A DNA stretch of 64,000 bases from an uncultured Lachnospiraceae bacterium. GTDB taxonomy: Bacteria > Bacillota > Clostridia > Lachnospirales > Lachnospiraceae. Under the pieces are notes generated by a model that worked only from the letters and a program-made list of their open reading frames with translations, was not told the origin of the DNA and searched no databases. The translations under genes were made by a program, and so were the position numbers. Numbering within the stretch: position 1 is the first letter of the stretch; every line of letters starts with the position of its first letter. This document shows, one piece after another, positions 31,531-42,655 of this stretch. The stretch covers positions 573 to 64,572 of the forward strand of contig CAJTPF010000017.1 of the NCBI GenBank assembly GCA_910578175.1, written 5' to 3'.

Positions 31531-32175
31531 ATGATTAAGAATGAAATTTCAACAGCGGTAGTCAGAAGACTTCCACGATATTACCGGTATCTTGGTGAAC
31601 TTTTGGAATCCGGTATAGAGAGAATTTCATCCAGTGAATTAAGTAAGAAAATGAATGTCACCGCATCACAGATACGACAGGATTTAAATAATTTCGGAGG
31701 ATTCGGTCAGCAGGGATACGGATATAATGTAGAGTTTTTATATCTGGAAATCGGAAAAATACTGGGCGTAGATAAAAAACATAATATGATAATCATCGGT
31801 TCCGGCAATCTGGGGCAGGCAATTGCAAATTATGCCAATTTTGAAAGAAGAGGATTTGTCGTTACCGGAATGTTTGATAAAAATCCGTCATTGGTGGGTA
31901 AGACCGTAAGAAATATTAAAATAAAACCGATGGAGGAATTAAAAGAATATATTGTGAAGCATAATATTGATATTGCCGCTCTTACCATTCCGAAAGTGGA
32001 AGCGGTTCATGTGGCAGAAGAACTGGTTAAATACGGGATAAAGGCAATATGGAATTTTGCCCATACAGATCTGAATCTGCCAAAGCATATTGTCGTTGAA
32101 AACGTACATTTGTCAGAGAGTCTGATGCGTCTGTCCTATAACCTGACACGGGTAGAAAATCAGAATATACAGTAG
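31531..32175 (+). CDS. rex: Redox-sensing transcriptional repressor Rex
   Basis: The N-terminal wHTH (RLPRYYRYL) and the Rossmann motif IIGSGNLGQA are present. Confidence 0.85.
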   Translation: MIKNEISTAVVRRLPRYYRYLGELLESGIERISSSELSKKMNVTASQIRQDLNNFGGFGQQGYGYNVEFLYLEIGKILGVDKKHNMIIIGSGNLGQAIANYANFERRGFVVTGMFDKNPSLVGKTVRNIKIKPMEELKEYIVKHNIDIAALTIPKVEAVHVAEELVKYGIKAIWNFAHTDLNLPKHIVVENVHLSESLMRLSYNLTRVENQNIQ

Positions 32176-32286
32176 TTTTTATACTGTCCGGTGAAATTTT
32201 CCGGACAGCCGGATATTTCCAAAAAAGGAGTGCTTACATTGGCTAGAAAAACAACAAATGAATATTCTTATGCAGGAAAGATCAAT

Positions 32287-32862
32287 ATGAAAAAGGTCCC
32301 GCTGTTACCGTTGGATAACAGATGGCATCAGTTGTTTCCGGCGGAAGAGAAGTCAAATCATATTAAAAAACTGGAAAATGAGGTCATGGCTATCATTAAG
32401 GCAGAAAGCCGTGTGTCCAAAGATCTGAAAGACCTGGTAAAACTGAAGAAGAAACTGATGGATGAAATCGTACAGAATATGGAGGAAACCACAGATGAAA
32501 AGGAGGCTTTGAGACAAAAAAAACTGTCGGCCAGCCAGAAACTCATTCAGGATATCAATGAAAAGATGGAAAAGCTGGAAACTGAAGATCTGGAAATTCC
32601 CCATAAGTTATTAAAGGCAAATGAAGCACTTTTATATGCCAGCATAGAGGACTGTTATGCACGGCTTGACCGGAATACCGGACAGATAGAAGTATTAACG
32701 GAGTGGATCAACCGTACCAGGGATGAGTTAAAAAAGAACGTGATCATTAAGCAGGAAAAAGAAGAGATGAACCAGAGAATCTATTCTTATATGCATGATA
32801 TGCTGGGACCGCGGTTTATGGAAATTTTTGACCGGGAACATAAAACGGATTCTGAATCTTAG
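32287..32862 (+). CDS. Hypothetical coiled-coil protein
   Basis: The ORF is charged and coiled-coil-rich with no recognised domain. The start is uncertain (the listed ORF starts at 32191). Confidence 0.35.
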   Translation: MKKVPLLPLDNRWHQLFPAEEKSNHIKKLENEVMAIIKAESRVSKDLKDLVKLKKKLMDEIVQNMEETTDEKEALRQKKLSASQKLIQDINEKMEKLETEDLEIPHKLLKANEALLYASIEDCYARLDRNTGQIEVLTEWINRTRDELKKNVIIKQEKEEMNQRIYSYMHDMLGPRFMEIFDREHKTDSES

Positions 32863-32899
32863 ATATAGTATATACATAAATGAATGATGCAGAGGTATT

Positions 32900-33289
32900 A
32901 TGATAGTTGGTATTGGAAATGATATTGTAGAGATCAGCAGATTTGAGACCATAATGGAACGGGAATCCGTACTTCATAAAATGTTTTCTGAGAGGGAGGT
33001 TGCACTTGGAGGTAAACGTCCCTCCTTTTTTGCAGGCAGTTTTGCGGTAAAGGAGTCGGTATCAAAAGCATTTGGAACGGGAATCCGGGGATTCCGCCTG
33101 TGCGAGATCGAAGTTCTGCGTGACGAAATGGGAAAACCTTTTGTAGAGCTTCAGGGCAGGGCAAAAGAACTGGCGTCGGCGCTTGGAATTGAAAATATTT
33201 ATGTATCCATATCGGATACGAAAGAACTGGCGTCGGCTGTGGCAGTGGCGGAAGCCGGAGATTCCCGCAACGGAAACGGAGGGAAGTAA
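32900..33289 (+). CDS. acpS: Holo-ACP synthase
   Basis: The MIVGIGNDIVEISR N-terminus is typical of AcpS. Confidence 0.8.
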   Translation: MIVGIGNDIVEISRFETIMERESVLHKMFSEREVALGGKRPSFFAGSFAVKESVSKAFGTGIRGFRLCEIEVLRDEMGKPFVELQGRAKELASALGIENIYVSISDTKELASAVAVAEAGDSRNGNGGK

Positions 33290-33293
33290 GCGT

Positions 33294-34850
33294 TTGAAAC
33301 AATATATATTATCAGGTAAACAGAGTGGATTTATAGATGAATACTGCATCCGAACCATGGGAATCCCTTCCGTGGTACTGATGGAACGGGCGGCTCTGGC
33401 AGTGGCGGAACGGATTAAAAAAATATGTCCCGCGGATGCCGGGATACTGGCAGTATGCCATGTTGGAAACAACGGAGCGGATGGTCTGGCGGCAGCAAGG
33501 ATTCTGGACGACCTCGGGCATCGGGTAAAAGTGATTATTGTCGGCCGGCCGGAGAAAGGGACTGAAGAATTTCATTTGCAATCGGAAATATTAACACATA
33601 CGGATATAACGGTAGAGTATGCGGATGAAAAAACTTTTGAATGCAGCGGATATGATGTTATCATAGACGGAATATTCGGCATTGGTCTTTCCAGGGATGT
33701 TCAGGGCGTTTATGCGGATATTATTGAGAAGATCAACCAGTCGGATAGTACAGTCGTTTCTATTGATATTCCTTCCGGTTTAAATGCGGATACCGGACGT
33801 CCCATGGGAATTTCGATAGAGGCAGATCATACGGTAACTTTTGGGAATCTGAAGCTGGGTCATAAGATTTCCGGAGGAAAAGATTATTGCGGGAATATTT
33901 ATACTGCAGACATCGGTTTTCGAAAGGAACCATATCGTCAGCTTTCCCGACAGGAACCCGTTCGATATACCTATATACCGGATAAAGATCGTGATCTTTT
34001 TGATTCCCCCGGCCGGCAGAAACTGAGACTGCCCGGGAGGATACAGGCATCCAATAAGGGAACCTATGGTAAAGTGGCGGTAATCGCCGGTTTTGGAGGG
34101 ATGACAGGGGCAGCGTACTTTTCCGCCAAGGCTGCATATCTGTGCGGTGCAGGTCTGGTAAAAGTGATTTCCGTTAAAGAAACTACGGATATCCTGAAAT
34201 CCATGCTGCCGGAAGCCATCTATGCGGAAATAGACGAAAAGAAGGATACCAGCAGCAGGATCCGCGAGCTGGTGTCCGACTGCCGGGCTGTGGTGATCGG
34301 ACCGGGTCTGGGACAGGGAGATGCCGCATGTGAAGCCGTGAAGGCCGTGCTGACACTGGAACTTCCGGTGGTCATGGATGCAGATGCATTGAATATTCTC
34401 GGCAGACACCGGAATCTGTCTGGCCATCTGGGGAAAAACATCATCATTACGCCCCATGTTCTGGAACTTTCCAGAATGACTGGAATCAGCAGGAGGGAGA
34501 TCACGGAGGATATCGTGGCAGCGGCAGAGGCTTTTGCCGGGACCCGTCAATGTATCTGCGTATTAAAAGATTCTTCTACCGTGGTTTCCTCTATGGCAGG
34601 AGACCGGCTGCAGACATATATTAATATAACCGGAAACAGCGGGATGGCAGCAGGGGGAAGCGGAGACGTGCTTTCCGGTATTCTGGGCGGATTGCTGGCG
34701 CAGCAGACCGGCTGCAGGGAAGCGGCGGAGCTGGGAGTATATATCCATGGGACTGCCGGGGATCTGGCGGCTGAAAAAAAGACGGAATACGGTGTAACGG
34801 CATCGGATATTCTGGAAGCCATACCGGGAGCTATCAGCCGGCTGATATAG
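33294..34850 (+). CDS. nnr: Bifunctional NAD(P)H-hydrate epimerase/dehydratase (YjeF N + C domains)
   Basis: It has the YjeF-N region (GNNGADG) and a C-terminal carbohydrate-kinase-like dehydratase (GPGLGQ ... GSGDVLSG). A TTG start lies after the acpS stop. Confidence 0.8.
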   Translation: MKQYILSGKQSGFIDEYCIRTMGIPSVVLMERAALAVAERIKKICPADAGILAVCHVGNNGADGLAAARILDDLGHRVKVIIVGRPEKGTEEFHLQSEILTHTDITVEYADEKTFECSGYDVIIDGIFGIGLSRDVQGVYADIIEKINQSDSTVVSIDIPSGLNADTGRPMGISIEADHTVTFGNLKLGHKISGGKDYCGNIYTADIGFRKEPYRQLSRQEPVRYTYIPDKDRDLFDSPGRQKLRLPGRIQASNKGTYGKVAVIAGFGGMTGAAYFSAKAAYLCGAGLVKVISVKETTDILKSMLPEAIYAEIDEKKDTSSRIRELVSDCRAVVIGPGLGQGDAACEAVKAVLTLELPVVMDADALNILGRHRNLSGHLGKNIIITPHVLELSRMTGISRREITEDIVAAAEAFAGTRQCICVLKDSSTVVSSMAGDRLQTYINITGNSGMAAGGSGDVLSGILGGLLAQQTGCREAAELGVYIHGTAGDLAAEKKTEYGVTASDILEAIPGAISRLI

Positions 34851-34857
34851 AAAGGAA

Positions 34858-36057
34858 ATGGTTATGGACGGATTGGAAAAATATTACAGAGTGTATGTAA
34901 CAATTAATTTAGATGCTGTATATAATAATGTAGTGAATCTGAAGAAAAATCTGAAACCGGATACCGGTGTGATCGCAGTGATCAAGACAGACGGATATGG
35001 ACATGGCGCCATACCGATTGCATATACCATCGATCCGCTGGTGGAGGCGTATGCGGTTGCAACTATTGATGAAGCGGAAAACCTGAGAAACCATAAGATC
35101 ACAAAACCGATTTATATTTTAGGTTATACCCACAGCAGTCAGTATGACCGGGCCGTTCGGAATGATATCCGGCTGACGGTTTATAATTATGAGGATGCGG
35201 TATGTTTCGACCAATGTTCGGAGCAGGCGGGCAGAACGGGACGCATACATTTAAAAGTGGATACCGGAATGAGCAGGATTGGATTCCCGGATACGCAGGA
35301 AAGTGTGGAAACGGTGAAAAAGATTGCAGAATTAAAGCATCTGGAAATAGAAGGAATATTTACTCACTTTGCTACTGCGGATGAAAAGGATAAGACAAAG
35401 ACAATTCTTCAGTTCCAACGGTTCCGTGATTTTCTGGAGCGGCTGGAGAAAGAAGGGATACACATTCCGGTGAAGCACTGTTCCAACAGCGCTGCCATGA
35501 TGGAACTGCCGGAGGCAAACATGGACTCCGTCAGAGCGGGAATCGCCATGTACGGCTTATATCCTTCCGGGGAAGTGGATAAAACAAAGGCAGAACTGAT
35601 TCCGGCGCTGGAACTGAAAAGTCATATCATCCATGTAAAGGAACTGGAGCCGGGAGTGGAGATTGGCTATGGCGGTACGTATATTACCGGGAAAAAGACA
35701 ATGGTGGCAACCATTCCGGTGGGGTATGGAGACGGTTACAGACGAAGTCTTTCCAACCGTGGTTACGTTCTGATCCATGGACAACGGGCTCCGATCCTGG
35801 GCAGGGTATGTATGGATCAGTTTATGGCGGATGTATCCCATATAGAGGATGCCAAAACCGGAGATGTGGTCACTTTGATCGGCAGGGACGGAGATGACGG
35901 GATAACGGCGGAAGAAGTGGCACAGATGGCAGGAGAGACATTTAACTATGAGATCGTCTGTGACCTTGGGAAACGAATACCCCGTGTGTTCTGCAGAGAC
36001 GGAAAAATCGTCTGCATGAAAGATTATTTTGATGATAAATATGATGTAAATATGTAG
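34858..36057 (+). CDS. alr: Alanine racemase
   Basis: The PLP lysine context AVIKTDGYGHGA is present. The acpS-nnr-alr-ndoA synteny is as in Bacillus. Confidence 0.85.
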   Translation: MVMDGLEKYYRVYVTINLDAVYNNVVNLKKNLKPDTGVIAVIKTDGYGHGAIPIAYTIDPLVEAYAVATIDEAENLRNHKITKPIYILGYTHSSQYDRAVRNDIRLTVYNYEDAVCFDQCSEQAGRTGRIHLKVDTGMSRIGFPDTQESVETVKKIAELKHLEIEGIFTHFATADEKDKTKTILQFQRFRDFLERLEKEGIHIPVKHCSNSAAMMELPEANMDSVRAGIAMYGLYPSGEVDKTKAELIPALELKSHIIHVKELEPGVEIGYGGTYITGKKTMVATIPVGYGDGYRRSLSNRGYVLIHGQRAPILGRVCMDQFMADVSHIEDAKTGDVVTLIGRDGDDGITAEEVAQMAGETFNYEIVCDLGKRIPRVFCRDGKIVCMKDYFDDKYDVNM

Positions 36058-36136
36058 ATTGCACCGGGAATTTTCTGAAATATTTGGAATACACACTTTT
36101 TTTTAGGCAATACTAATTGTATCAAACAAATGGAGT

Positions 36137-36493
36137 GTGAATTCGTTGATAGTGAAAAGAGGAGATGTGTTTTATGCAGACCTTAGACCGGTCATCGGTT
36201 CGGAACAGGGCGGCATAAGACCGGTATTGATCATTCAGAATGATATGGGAAACAAACATAGTCCGACAGTGATATGCGCCGCCATTACCTCAAAAATGAA
36301 CAAGGCAAAGCTTCCCACCCATGTGGAGCTTGACAGCAGCAAATATGAGATGGTGAAGGATTCGGTAATTTTGCTGGAACAATTGAGGACGATTGATAAA
36401 AAAAGGCTGAAAGACAAAGTATGTCATTTGGATGCGGAAATTTTAAATAAAGTGGACCGGGCATTGCTGATTAGTCTTGAATTAAATACATAG
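36137..36493 (+). CDS. ndoA: MazF/PemK-family endoribonuclease toxin (EndoA/NdoA-like)
   Basis: It aligns closely with B. subtilis EndoA ([12 protein letters not shown]...[12 protein letters not shown]). No antitoxin-sized ORF lies in the 79-bp gap after alr. Confidence 0.85.
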   Translation: MNSLIVKRGDVFYADLRPVIGSEQGGIRPVLIIQNDMGNKHSPTVICAAITSKMNKAKLPTHVELDSSKYEMVKDSVILLEQLRTIDKKRLKDKVCHLDAEILNKVDRALLISLELNT

Positions 36494-36568
36494 AAGTTGA
36501 CTAATAGGGCAGAAAATGATATATTTTTTAAGTATTTTAAAATATTTGAAAAAAAGGAGTCGAATACG

Positions 36569-37891
36569 ATGGACGGGAGTAGTCCCCTATTAGAGATAAT
36601 ATGGTTTGCGGTATTATTTATATTTAATATCATTGTATACGGATATAGCGCCGCAATACAAAATATCAGTGAAGTACAGTTGGAAGAAATCGGTGACAGG
36701 AACGGGAAACTGCGGGATAAGATCATAAGGATCATAGAGGATCCTCATAAGTTTATCAATACGGTCCAGTCGTTATCCATGCTGATGAACATTTTTGCTG
36801 GAGCGTATGAATTAAAACTTTTACATTATTATATCCGGTATGCGGACTGGAATATATCAGGTGCCATGCAGCTCCGGCTGATACAGATTCTCATGTTTAC
36901 GGTTATTGCGTTTCTGATGGTATTTTTACTGCTTACGTTTTCCGTGCTGCTTCCCAAGAGGATCGGAAATAAACATCCGGTTTCTTTTGCGGTTTCCCTT
37001 ACAAATATCACTTATATCATTATGATCCTGCTTACGCCGCTGACGTTTATGGTACACGTCACTTCAGGAGCATTATTAAAAATATTTGGCATGGACGTCA
37101 AAGAGCCGGAAGATAATGTTACGGAAGAAGATATCATATCGGTGATCCATGAAGGACATGAGCAGGGAGTCCTGCTTGCCAGCGAAGCGGAAATGATTAA
37201 TAATATTGTGGGTTTTGGTGATAAAGAAGCAAAAGATATCATGACCCACCGCAAAAGTATTGCAGCGGTAAATGCGGAAATGACACTGACTGAGGCTGCC
37301 GGTTATATTTTGGATGAAAATAATTCAAGATTTCCGGTATTTGAAGGCGATATTGATAATATTATCGGAATCGTGACTCTTCGGGATGTAATGGTGGAGT
37401 TTCAGCAGGGGATTCATTCAGACAGGAATATCCGGGAGATTCCGGGATTGATCCGGGCCGCCACCTTTATTCCGGAGACAAGGAAAATAAATGTATTGTT
37501 TAAGAATATGCAGTCTGAAAAAATACATATGGCGATCGTTGTCGATGAGTATGGTCAGACATCTGGTATTGTGGCAATGGAAGATATACTGGAGGAGATC
37601 GTCGGTAATATTCTGGATGAATATGATGAGGAAGAGATGAATATTATTCACAGAGAGGACGGAAGCTTTGTGGTCAGCGGTCTATCTTCCTTAGAAGATA
37701 TAAGCGATGCCACGGGGATTAAATATGACGAGGAATATGACACTTTAAACGGTTATCTTACCTCAAAATTTGAGAGGATTCTGTCTAATGATGAAAGGCC
37801 GGAGATCACTGTTGACGGAGTGACCTATAAGATTTTAAATGTTCAGAATAAAATGATTTCCTCTGTTCAGATTATTGTAACCGGACTATGA
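36569..37891 (+). CDS. CNNM/TlyC hemolysin-family protein (DUF21 TM domain + CBS pair + CorC_HlyC)
   Basis: It has 4 TM helices, tandem CBS domains and a C-terminal transporter-associated domain. Confidence 0.8.
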   Translation: MDGSSPLLEIIWFAVLFIFNIIVYGYSAAIQNISEVQLEEIGDRNGKLRDKIIRIIEDPHKFINTVQSLSMLMNIFAGAYELKLLHYYIRYADWNISGAMQLRLIQILMFTVIAFLMVFLLLTFSVLLPKRIGNKHPVSFAVSLTNITYIIMILLTPLTFMVHVTSGALLKIFGMDVKEPEDNVTEEDIISVIHEGHEQGVLLASEAEMINNIVGFGDKEAKDIMTHRKSIAAVNAEMTLTEAAGYILDENNSRFPVFEGDIDNIIGIVTLRDVMVEFQQGIHSDRNIREIPGLIRAATFIPETRKINVLFKNMQSEKIHMAIVVDEYGQTSGIVAMEDILEEIVGNILDEYDEEEMNIIHREDGSFVVSGLSSLEDISDATGIKYDEEYDTLNGYLTSKFERILSNDERPEITVDGVTYKILNVQNKMISSVQIIVTGL

Positions 37892-38001
37892 TTTTGATAT
37901 AATATCACAAGATGATACCAGATGAGTGCGAAACGTATGGCTATAGGCCATAAGTGTCGTTTCTATTTATAAAATATGATACAAATAAAAGGAGTAACAG
38001 T

Positions 38002-38730
38002 ATGTCAGGACATTCAAAATTTGCAAATATCAAGCACAAGAAGGAAAAAAATGATGCTGCAAAAGGCAAGATTTTTACGATCATCGGCAGGGAGATCGCA
38101 GTTGCGGTAAAAGAAGGCGGAGCGGATCCGGCAAATAACAGCAAACTCAGAGATGTCATTGCAAAGGCAAAGGCAAATAATATGCCTAATGATACCATTG
38201 ACCGGGGAATTAAAAAGGCGGCGGGAGATGCCAATTCCGTAAATTATGTAACGGTTACATATGAAGGATACGGTCCGAACGGAACTGCGATCATAGTGGA
38301 TGCCTTAACCGATAATAAAAACAGGACAGCCTCCAACGTCAGGAATGCTTTTACCAAAGGCGGCGGAAACGTGGGCACACAGGGCTGTGTATCGTTTATG
38401 TTTGATAAAAAGGGCCAGATCATCATTGATAAAGAAGCTTATCAGGGAGATGCGGATGAACTTATGATGACGGCCGTAGATGCAGGAGCAGAAGATTTTG
38501 CGGAAGAAGAGGACAGCTTTGAGGTTACGACGGCACCGGAAGATTTCAGCGGAGTAAGGGAAGCTTTAGAGGCGGCAGGCATACCAATGGTTTCAGCGGA
38601 AGTGACCATGATCCCCCAGACCTGGGTGGAATTAACCGATGAGAATGATATCAAGAAAATGAACCGGATTTTGGATCTGCTGGATGCGGATGACGATGTT
38701 CAGGCCGTATACCATAACTGGGACGAGTAG
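38002..38730 (+). CDS. yebC: YebC/PmpR-family transcriptional regulator
   Basis: The [15 protein letters not shown]-terminus is diagnostic. Confidence 0.85.
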   Translation: MSGHSKFANIKHKKEKNDAAKGKIFTIIGREIAVAVKEGGADPANNSKLRDVIAKAKANNMPNDTIDRGIKKAAGDANSVNYVTVTYEGYGPNGTAIIVDALTDNKNRTASNVRNAFTKGGGNVGTQGCVSFMFDKKGQIIIDKEAYQGDADELMMTAVDAGAEDFAEEEDSFEVTTAPEDFSGVREALEAAGIPMVSAEVTMIPQTWVELTDENDIKKMNRILDLLDADDDVQAVYHNWDE

Positions 38731-38839
38731 AAGGAATTTATTTATCTGTCTTCTGTTAATTTTAAACCGTAATCTGCCGATAAAATATATAGCGGTTTTT
38801 TATATGATTAAAATATTTTAAGGAAAGGTATGAAAATAA

Positions 38840-41800
38840 ATGGCGAAGATGAAATTAAAGATTAAAAACGTGAGTCGCATATGGAAAGCACTGGCAGTGC
38901 TGGTCATCAGCTTTGTTGTGTTCATGGTTGCTTCCAAGTTTGCCACCGCCAGTACGGTCAGTGTCAGTATTGTCGGTGACGATCTGACCGACGGTACCTG
39001 GGAAGTGGGAAGCGGTACAAAGGTATGGACTGCAAGCGCATATGATTCGGAACTGGACGGCGCCCTGAGTCTGGAAGACGGAGGCAGTATCGTGTGGACA
39101 TCTTCCGACAGGAATATCGTGGATTTTTCCAGCAGTTCCCAGGGAACGGAATCCACGGTCACACTGCGGCCGGTCAGCGCCGGACGTGTTACCATCACGG
39201 CTACATATTCGAAAGTAGTGACATCTCCGGATGGAGATTACGAGATCCGGGAGTCTTCCAGCAGGGATGTGGTCGTCCGGTTTAAGCTGGATGCCACGAA
39301 GCTGCCACAGGCGCCGTATGAGGATGACTGGATGGTTCCGACCATATTATCCAATTCCACAAAGCCGGTAACCTGGACATCTTCCAATGAAGGCGTCATT
39401 ACGGTAGCCGATGACGGAAACGGAAACGGTATCGTCACACTGACAGGAGCCGGTTCAGCGACCGTTACCGCAACCACCGAGGACGGACAGAGCCAGAGTT
39501 TTCCGGTTGTGGTAAATGCAAAGTTAAAAGAAAATTCAGCCCTTATTACTATACCTTATAAAGATGATTATACCCTTAGCACCAATGCGGTGAATCCGTC
39601 CAACATTGTCTACGGAAGTGCCAATCCGGCCATTGTATCGGTGGATACCGACGGAACCGCCAGAGGTAATTCCGCCGGAAGGACCACATTGTATGTCTAT
39701 GCGGTAGATGAAAATCACGAATGGTATCCGTTGCTGCCGTCTCCGGCCCGTTCGGTTCAGGTAAAAGTGGATCTGCAGATTGATACGGATTCTACGATAG
39801 TAGCGGTAGGAGATACCCTTCAGCTTTCCGCAAACGTAATTCCGGAGTATGCAACGGGAATTAACTGGACTTCTACCGATACATCGGTTGCTACCATTGA
39901 TTCCACGGGACTGGTTACGGCAGTGAAAAAGGGTACCACCCAGATCAATGCCACAATGGTAAACAAGGAATTATTCGGAACGGACGAGATGCATACCGCA
40001 ACGATTACCATTAACGTTATTGACTCATTTTCGGTCAGCGAATCCCAGCATATCATGAATGTGGGCGACAGTTTTGAGATCAGCGCCATCGTTACTGACC
40101 AGTCGGCTACTGTTACATGGGTTTCCAGTGATGAATCCGTGGCAAAAGTAGCGGTATCAAAAGATAATAAATTTGGTGCCACCGTAACCGGTGTTTCCAA
40201 GGGAACGGCAACGATTACGGCAACACAGATTATTGACGGCGTGGCAAAATATGCTACCTGTGAAGTATCCGTGAAAGAACCGGTGGTAAATGTAGAGATT
40301 TCACCGGCTCAGATTGAGATCATACGGGGAAGCAAATATCCGCTGGTAATTGAATTTACACCATTCCGACCGGATAATATGAATGTAACATGGGTTTCAT
40401 CCGATCCTTCAATTGTAACTGTAGATGACAAGGGAGTTATAACTGGTGTTAAGGGGGGACAGGCGGCAGTATCCGTTATTACGGAAGACGGAATAAAGGT
40501 AGCATCCTGTACCGTTACGGTGAGAGAACCGGTGACATCCATCAAACTGGATGTTCACAGAGTGACAACCAGTCTTCTAACAGGTACCTATCAGCTTACC
40601 TATACGATTGAACCAAAGACAGAAGGTGTAAACCGTGATGTTACATGGACATCATCCGCACCGGATATAGCTACTGTCAGTGAAAATGGTCTTGTTACCT
40701 TTTTAAAGCCAGGCAAGGCAACAATCGTTGTTAAGACCATAGATGCAGGTACTAGCGGCAATTTAATAGATACATGTGAATTTTACATAAATAATCCGGT
40801 GACATCGGTTGATCTGGATTATACGGATATAACATTAAAGATGGGAGAGGAATTCCGTTTAACTGCGTTGGTTTTACCGGAGGATGCTTCTGATAAGACA
40901 GTTTTATGGTCGTCCAGTGATACGAACGTGGCTACCGTCAATGAAAACGGTATGGTTACTGCAGTGAACAGCGGTTCCGCTACTATTCTCTGTAAATCGG
41001 CAGACAGCGGAGAAACATCTATGTGTAACGTAACCGTATACCAGCCGGTTACAGGAGTTACTATCAGTAATGAATCCATGACGGTTCGTAAAGGTCAGGA
41101 GTTCTGGCTGAATGCCACCTGTCAGCCGGAAAATGCCATGAATAAACTGATCATTTGGTCTTCCAGTGATACCAGTATCGCAACGGTTGATAAAAACGGT
41201 AAAGTAACAGCAGTGGAGCCGGGAGATTGTGTGATTACGGCAACCAGTCAGGACAGCGGTGTGACAGCCAGATGTTCATTAACCGTTACACAGCCGATTA
41301 CAGGTATATCTTTGAATACAAATGCCAAGACGATTCTGGCGGGTGAAAAATTTGTTATCATTCCGACCATTGAACCGTTGGATGCGGATAATAAGAACGT
41401 TACATATACTTCCAGCGATACTTCAGTGGCAACGGTAGATTCTGACGGAATAGTTACCGGTGTCAGAGGCGGAAAAACGGTGATCATAGTTAAGACGGAA
41501 GAGAGAGGCCTGATCGCAAGCTGTCTGGTCACCGTTCAGGAGTTTGTATCTTCCGTTAACATAACGCAGGATTCTGCACAGATGAATCTGGGTGCAGTCC
41601 TTCAGTTACAGGCAGAAGTTTTAAATGAAACGGCTACAAACAGAAAACTGACATGGTCTTCCACAAATAACGGTATCGTTCAGGTGGATTCCACCGGAAA
41701 AGTAACGGCAGTCGGTATGGGTACCGCAACGATTTATGCTTATGCAACGGACGGCAGCGGTTTGTTTGATACCTGTCAGATTACGGTTATCAAACCGGTT

Positions 41801-42517
41801 GGAAGCATAGTGATCCAGCCAAGCAGTGTGACCGTCTCAGAAGGTAAGACGGCACGGGTAACTGCAACGGTATATCCTGCCGATGCATCCATTCAGGATA
41901 TTGAATGGTCCAGTTCCGATCCTGCGGTTGCAACTGTGGATTACAACGGAGAGATTACCGGTATTACAAAGGGAATCTGTAAGATATTTGCAACCTCTTC
42001 CGACGGAAATAATATTGTAGGCGTTTGTCGGGTAACGGTTAAAGAAACCGTTCCGGCAACCGGGATCACCATTAATTCCAAAAATATCACAATGCTGCCG
42101 GGACAGACCAGAGGTTTGTCGGCAAGGATCAAACCGGCCCGTTCTACGGAAGGTATTTATTGGGTATCCGGTGATACATCGGTTGCCACGGTATCGTCTG
42201 ACGGTGTGGTAACAGCCAGAGGCCAGGGCATGACTGAAATTTACTGTATTTCGGATGAAACAGGGGTGGAAAGTTCCTGTGAAGTGATCGTACTGGCAAT
42301 GAATGCCACATTTATCACACTGGGACAGTATGATACCTTTGATCTGGATGTATTCGGTTCCACCGAAAGAATCCGCTGGTATTCCAATAATAAGCGGGTT
42401 GCAACGGTAACTGCCTCCGGTCAGGTGGTGGCCCGTATGCCGGGAACAACTACGATAACCGCAAAGGTAAACGGAAAGATTTTATATTGTACCGTAACCG
42501 TAACCACATTATATTAA
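38840..42517 (+). CDS. Large cell-surface protein with about 13 tandem Big_2 (bacterial Ig-like) domains and an N-terminal signal anchor
   Basis: The VTWxSSDxSVATVDxxGxVTAV motif recurs about 13 times over 1225 aa. Confidence 0.8.
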   Translation: MAKMKLKIKNVSRIWKALAVLVISFVVFMVASKFATASTVSVSIVGDDLTDGTWEVGSGTKVWTASAYDSELDGALSLEDGGSIVWTSSDRNIVDFSSSSQGTESTVTLRPVSAGRVTITATYSKVVTSPDGDYEIRESSSRDVVVRFKLDATKLPQAPYEDDWMVPTILSNSTKPVTWTSSNEGVITVADDGNGNGIVTLTGAGSATVTATTEDGQSQSFPVVVNAKLKENSALITIPYKDDYTLSTNAVNPSNIVYGSANPAIVSVDTDGTARGNSAGRTTLYVYAVDENHEWYPLLPSPARSVQVKVDLQIDTDSTIVAVGDTLQLSANVIPEYATGINWTSTDTSVATIDSTGLVTAVKKGTTQINATMVNKELFGTDEMHTATITINVIDSFSVSESQHIMNVGDSFEISAIVTDQSATVTWVSSDESVAKVAVSKDNKFGATVTGVSKGTATITATQIIDGVAKYATCEVSVKEPVVNVEISPAQIEIIRGSKYPLVIEFTPFRPDNMNVTWVSSDPSIVTVDDKGVITGVKGGQAAVSVITEDGIKVASCTVTVREPVTSIKLDVHRVTTSLLTGTYQLTYTIEPKTEGVNRDVTWTSSAPDIATVSENGLVTFLKPGKATIVVKTIDAGTSGNLIDTCEFYINNPVTSVDLDYTDITLKMGEEFRLTALVLPEDASDKTVLWSSSDTNVATVNENGMVTAVNSGSATILCKSADSGETSMCNVTVYQPVTGVTISNESMTVRKGQEFWLNATCQPENAMNKLIIWSSSDTSIATVDKNGKVTAVEPGDCVITATSQDSGVTARCSLTVTQPITGISLNTNAKTILAGEKFVIIPTIEPLDADNKNVTYTSSDTSVATVDSDGIVTGVRGGKTVIIVKTEERGLIASCLVTVQEFVSSVNITQDSAQMNLGAVLQLQAEVLNETATNRKLTWSSTNNGIVQVDSTGKVTAVGMGTATIYAYATDGSGLFDTCQITVIKPVGSIVIQPSSVTVSEGKTARVTATVYPADASIQDIEWSSSDPAVATVDYNGEITGITKGICKIFATSSDGNNIVGVCRVTVKETVPATGITINSKNITMLPGQTRGLSARIKPARSTEGIYWVSGDTSVATVSSDGVVTARGQGMTEIYCISDETGVESSCEVIVLAMNATFITLGQYDTFDLDVFGSTERIRWYSNNKRVATVTASGQVVARMPGTTTITAKVNGKILYCTVTVTTLY

Positions 42518-42655
42518 ATGATATAGCTGCCACGCCGGCAGAAATTACCGGCGTGGCAGTTTTTATGTTGACAGATTGGAAAATATTGGGTATTCTATAT
42601 AGGCATATTTATTTACATTAAAATTTATAAACAACAGAGAAAGAGAGGAAGAAAA

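Noticed and set aside
38840-42517. Periodic repeats as a possible CRISPR array or DNA tandem repeat
   Set aside because: The periodicity is at the protein-domain level (~260 bp, divergent) inside one long ORF. There are no short identical direct repeats with unique spacers.
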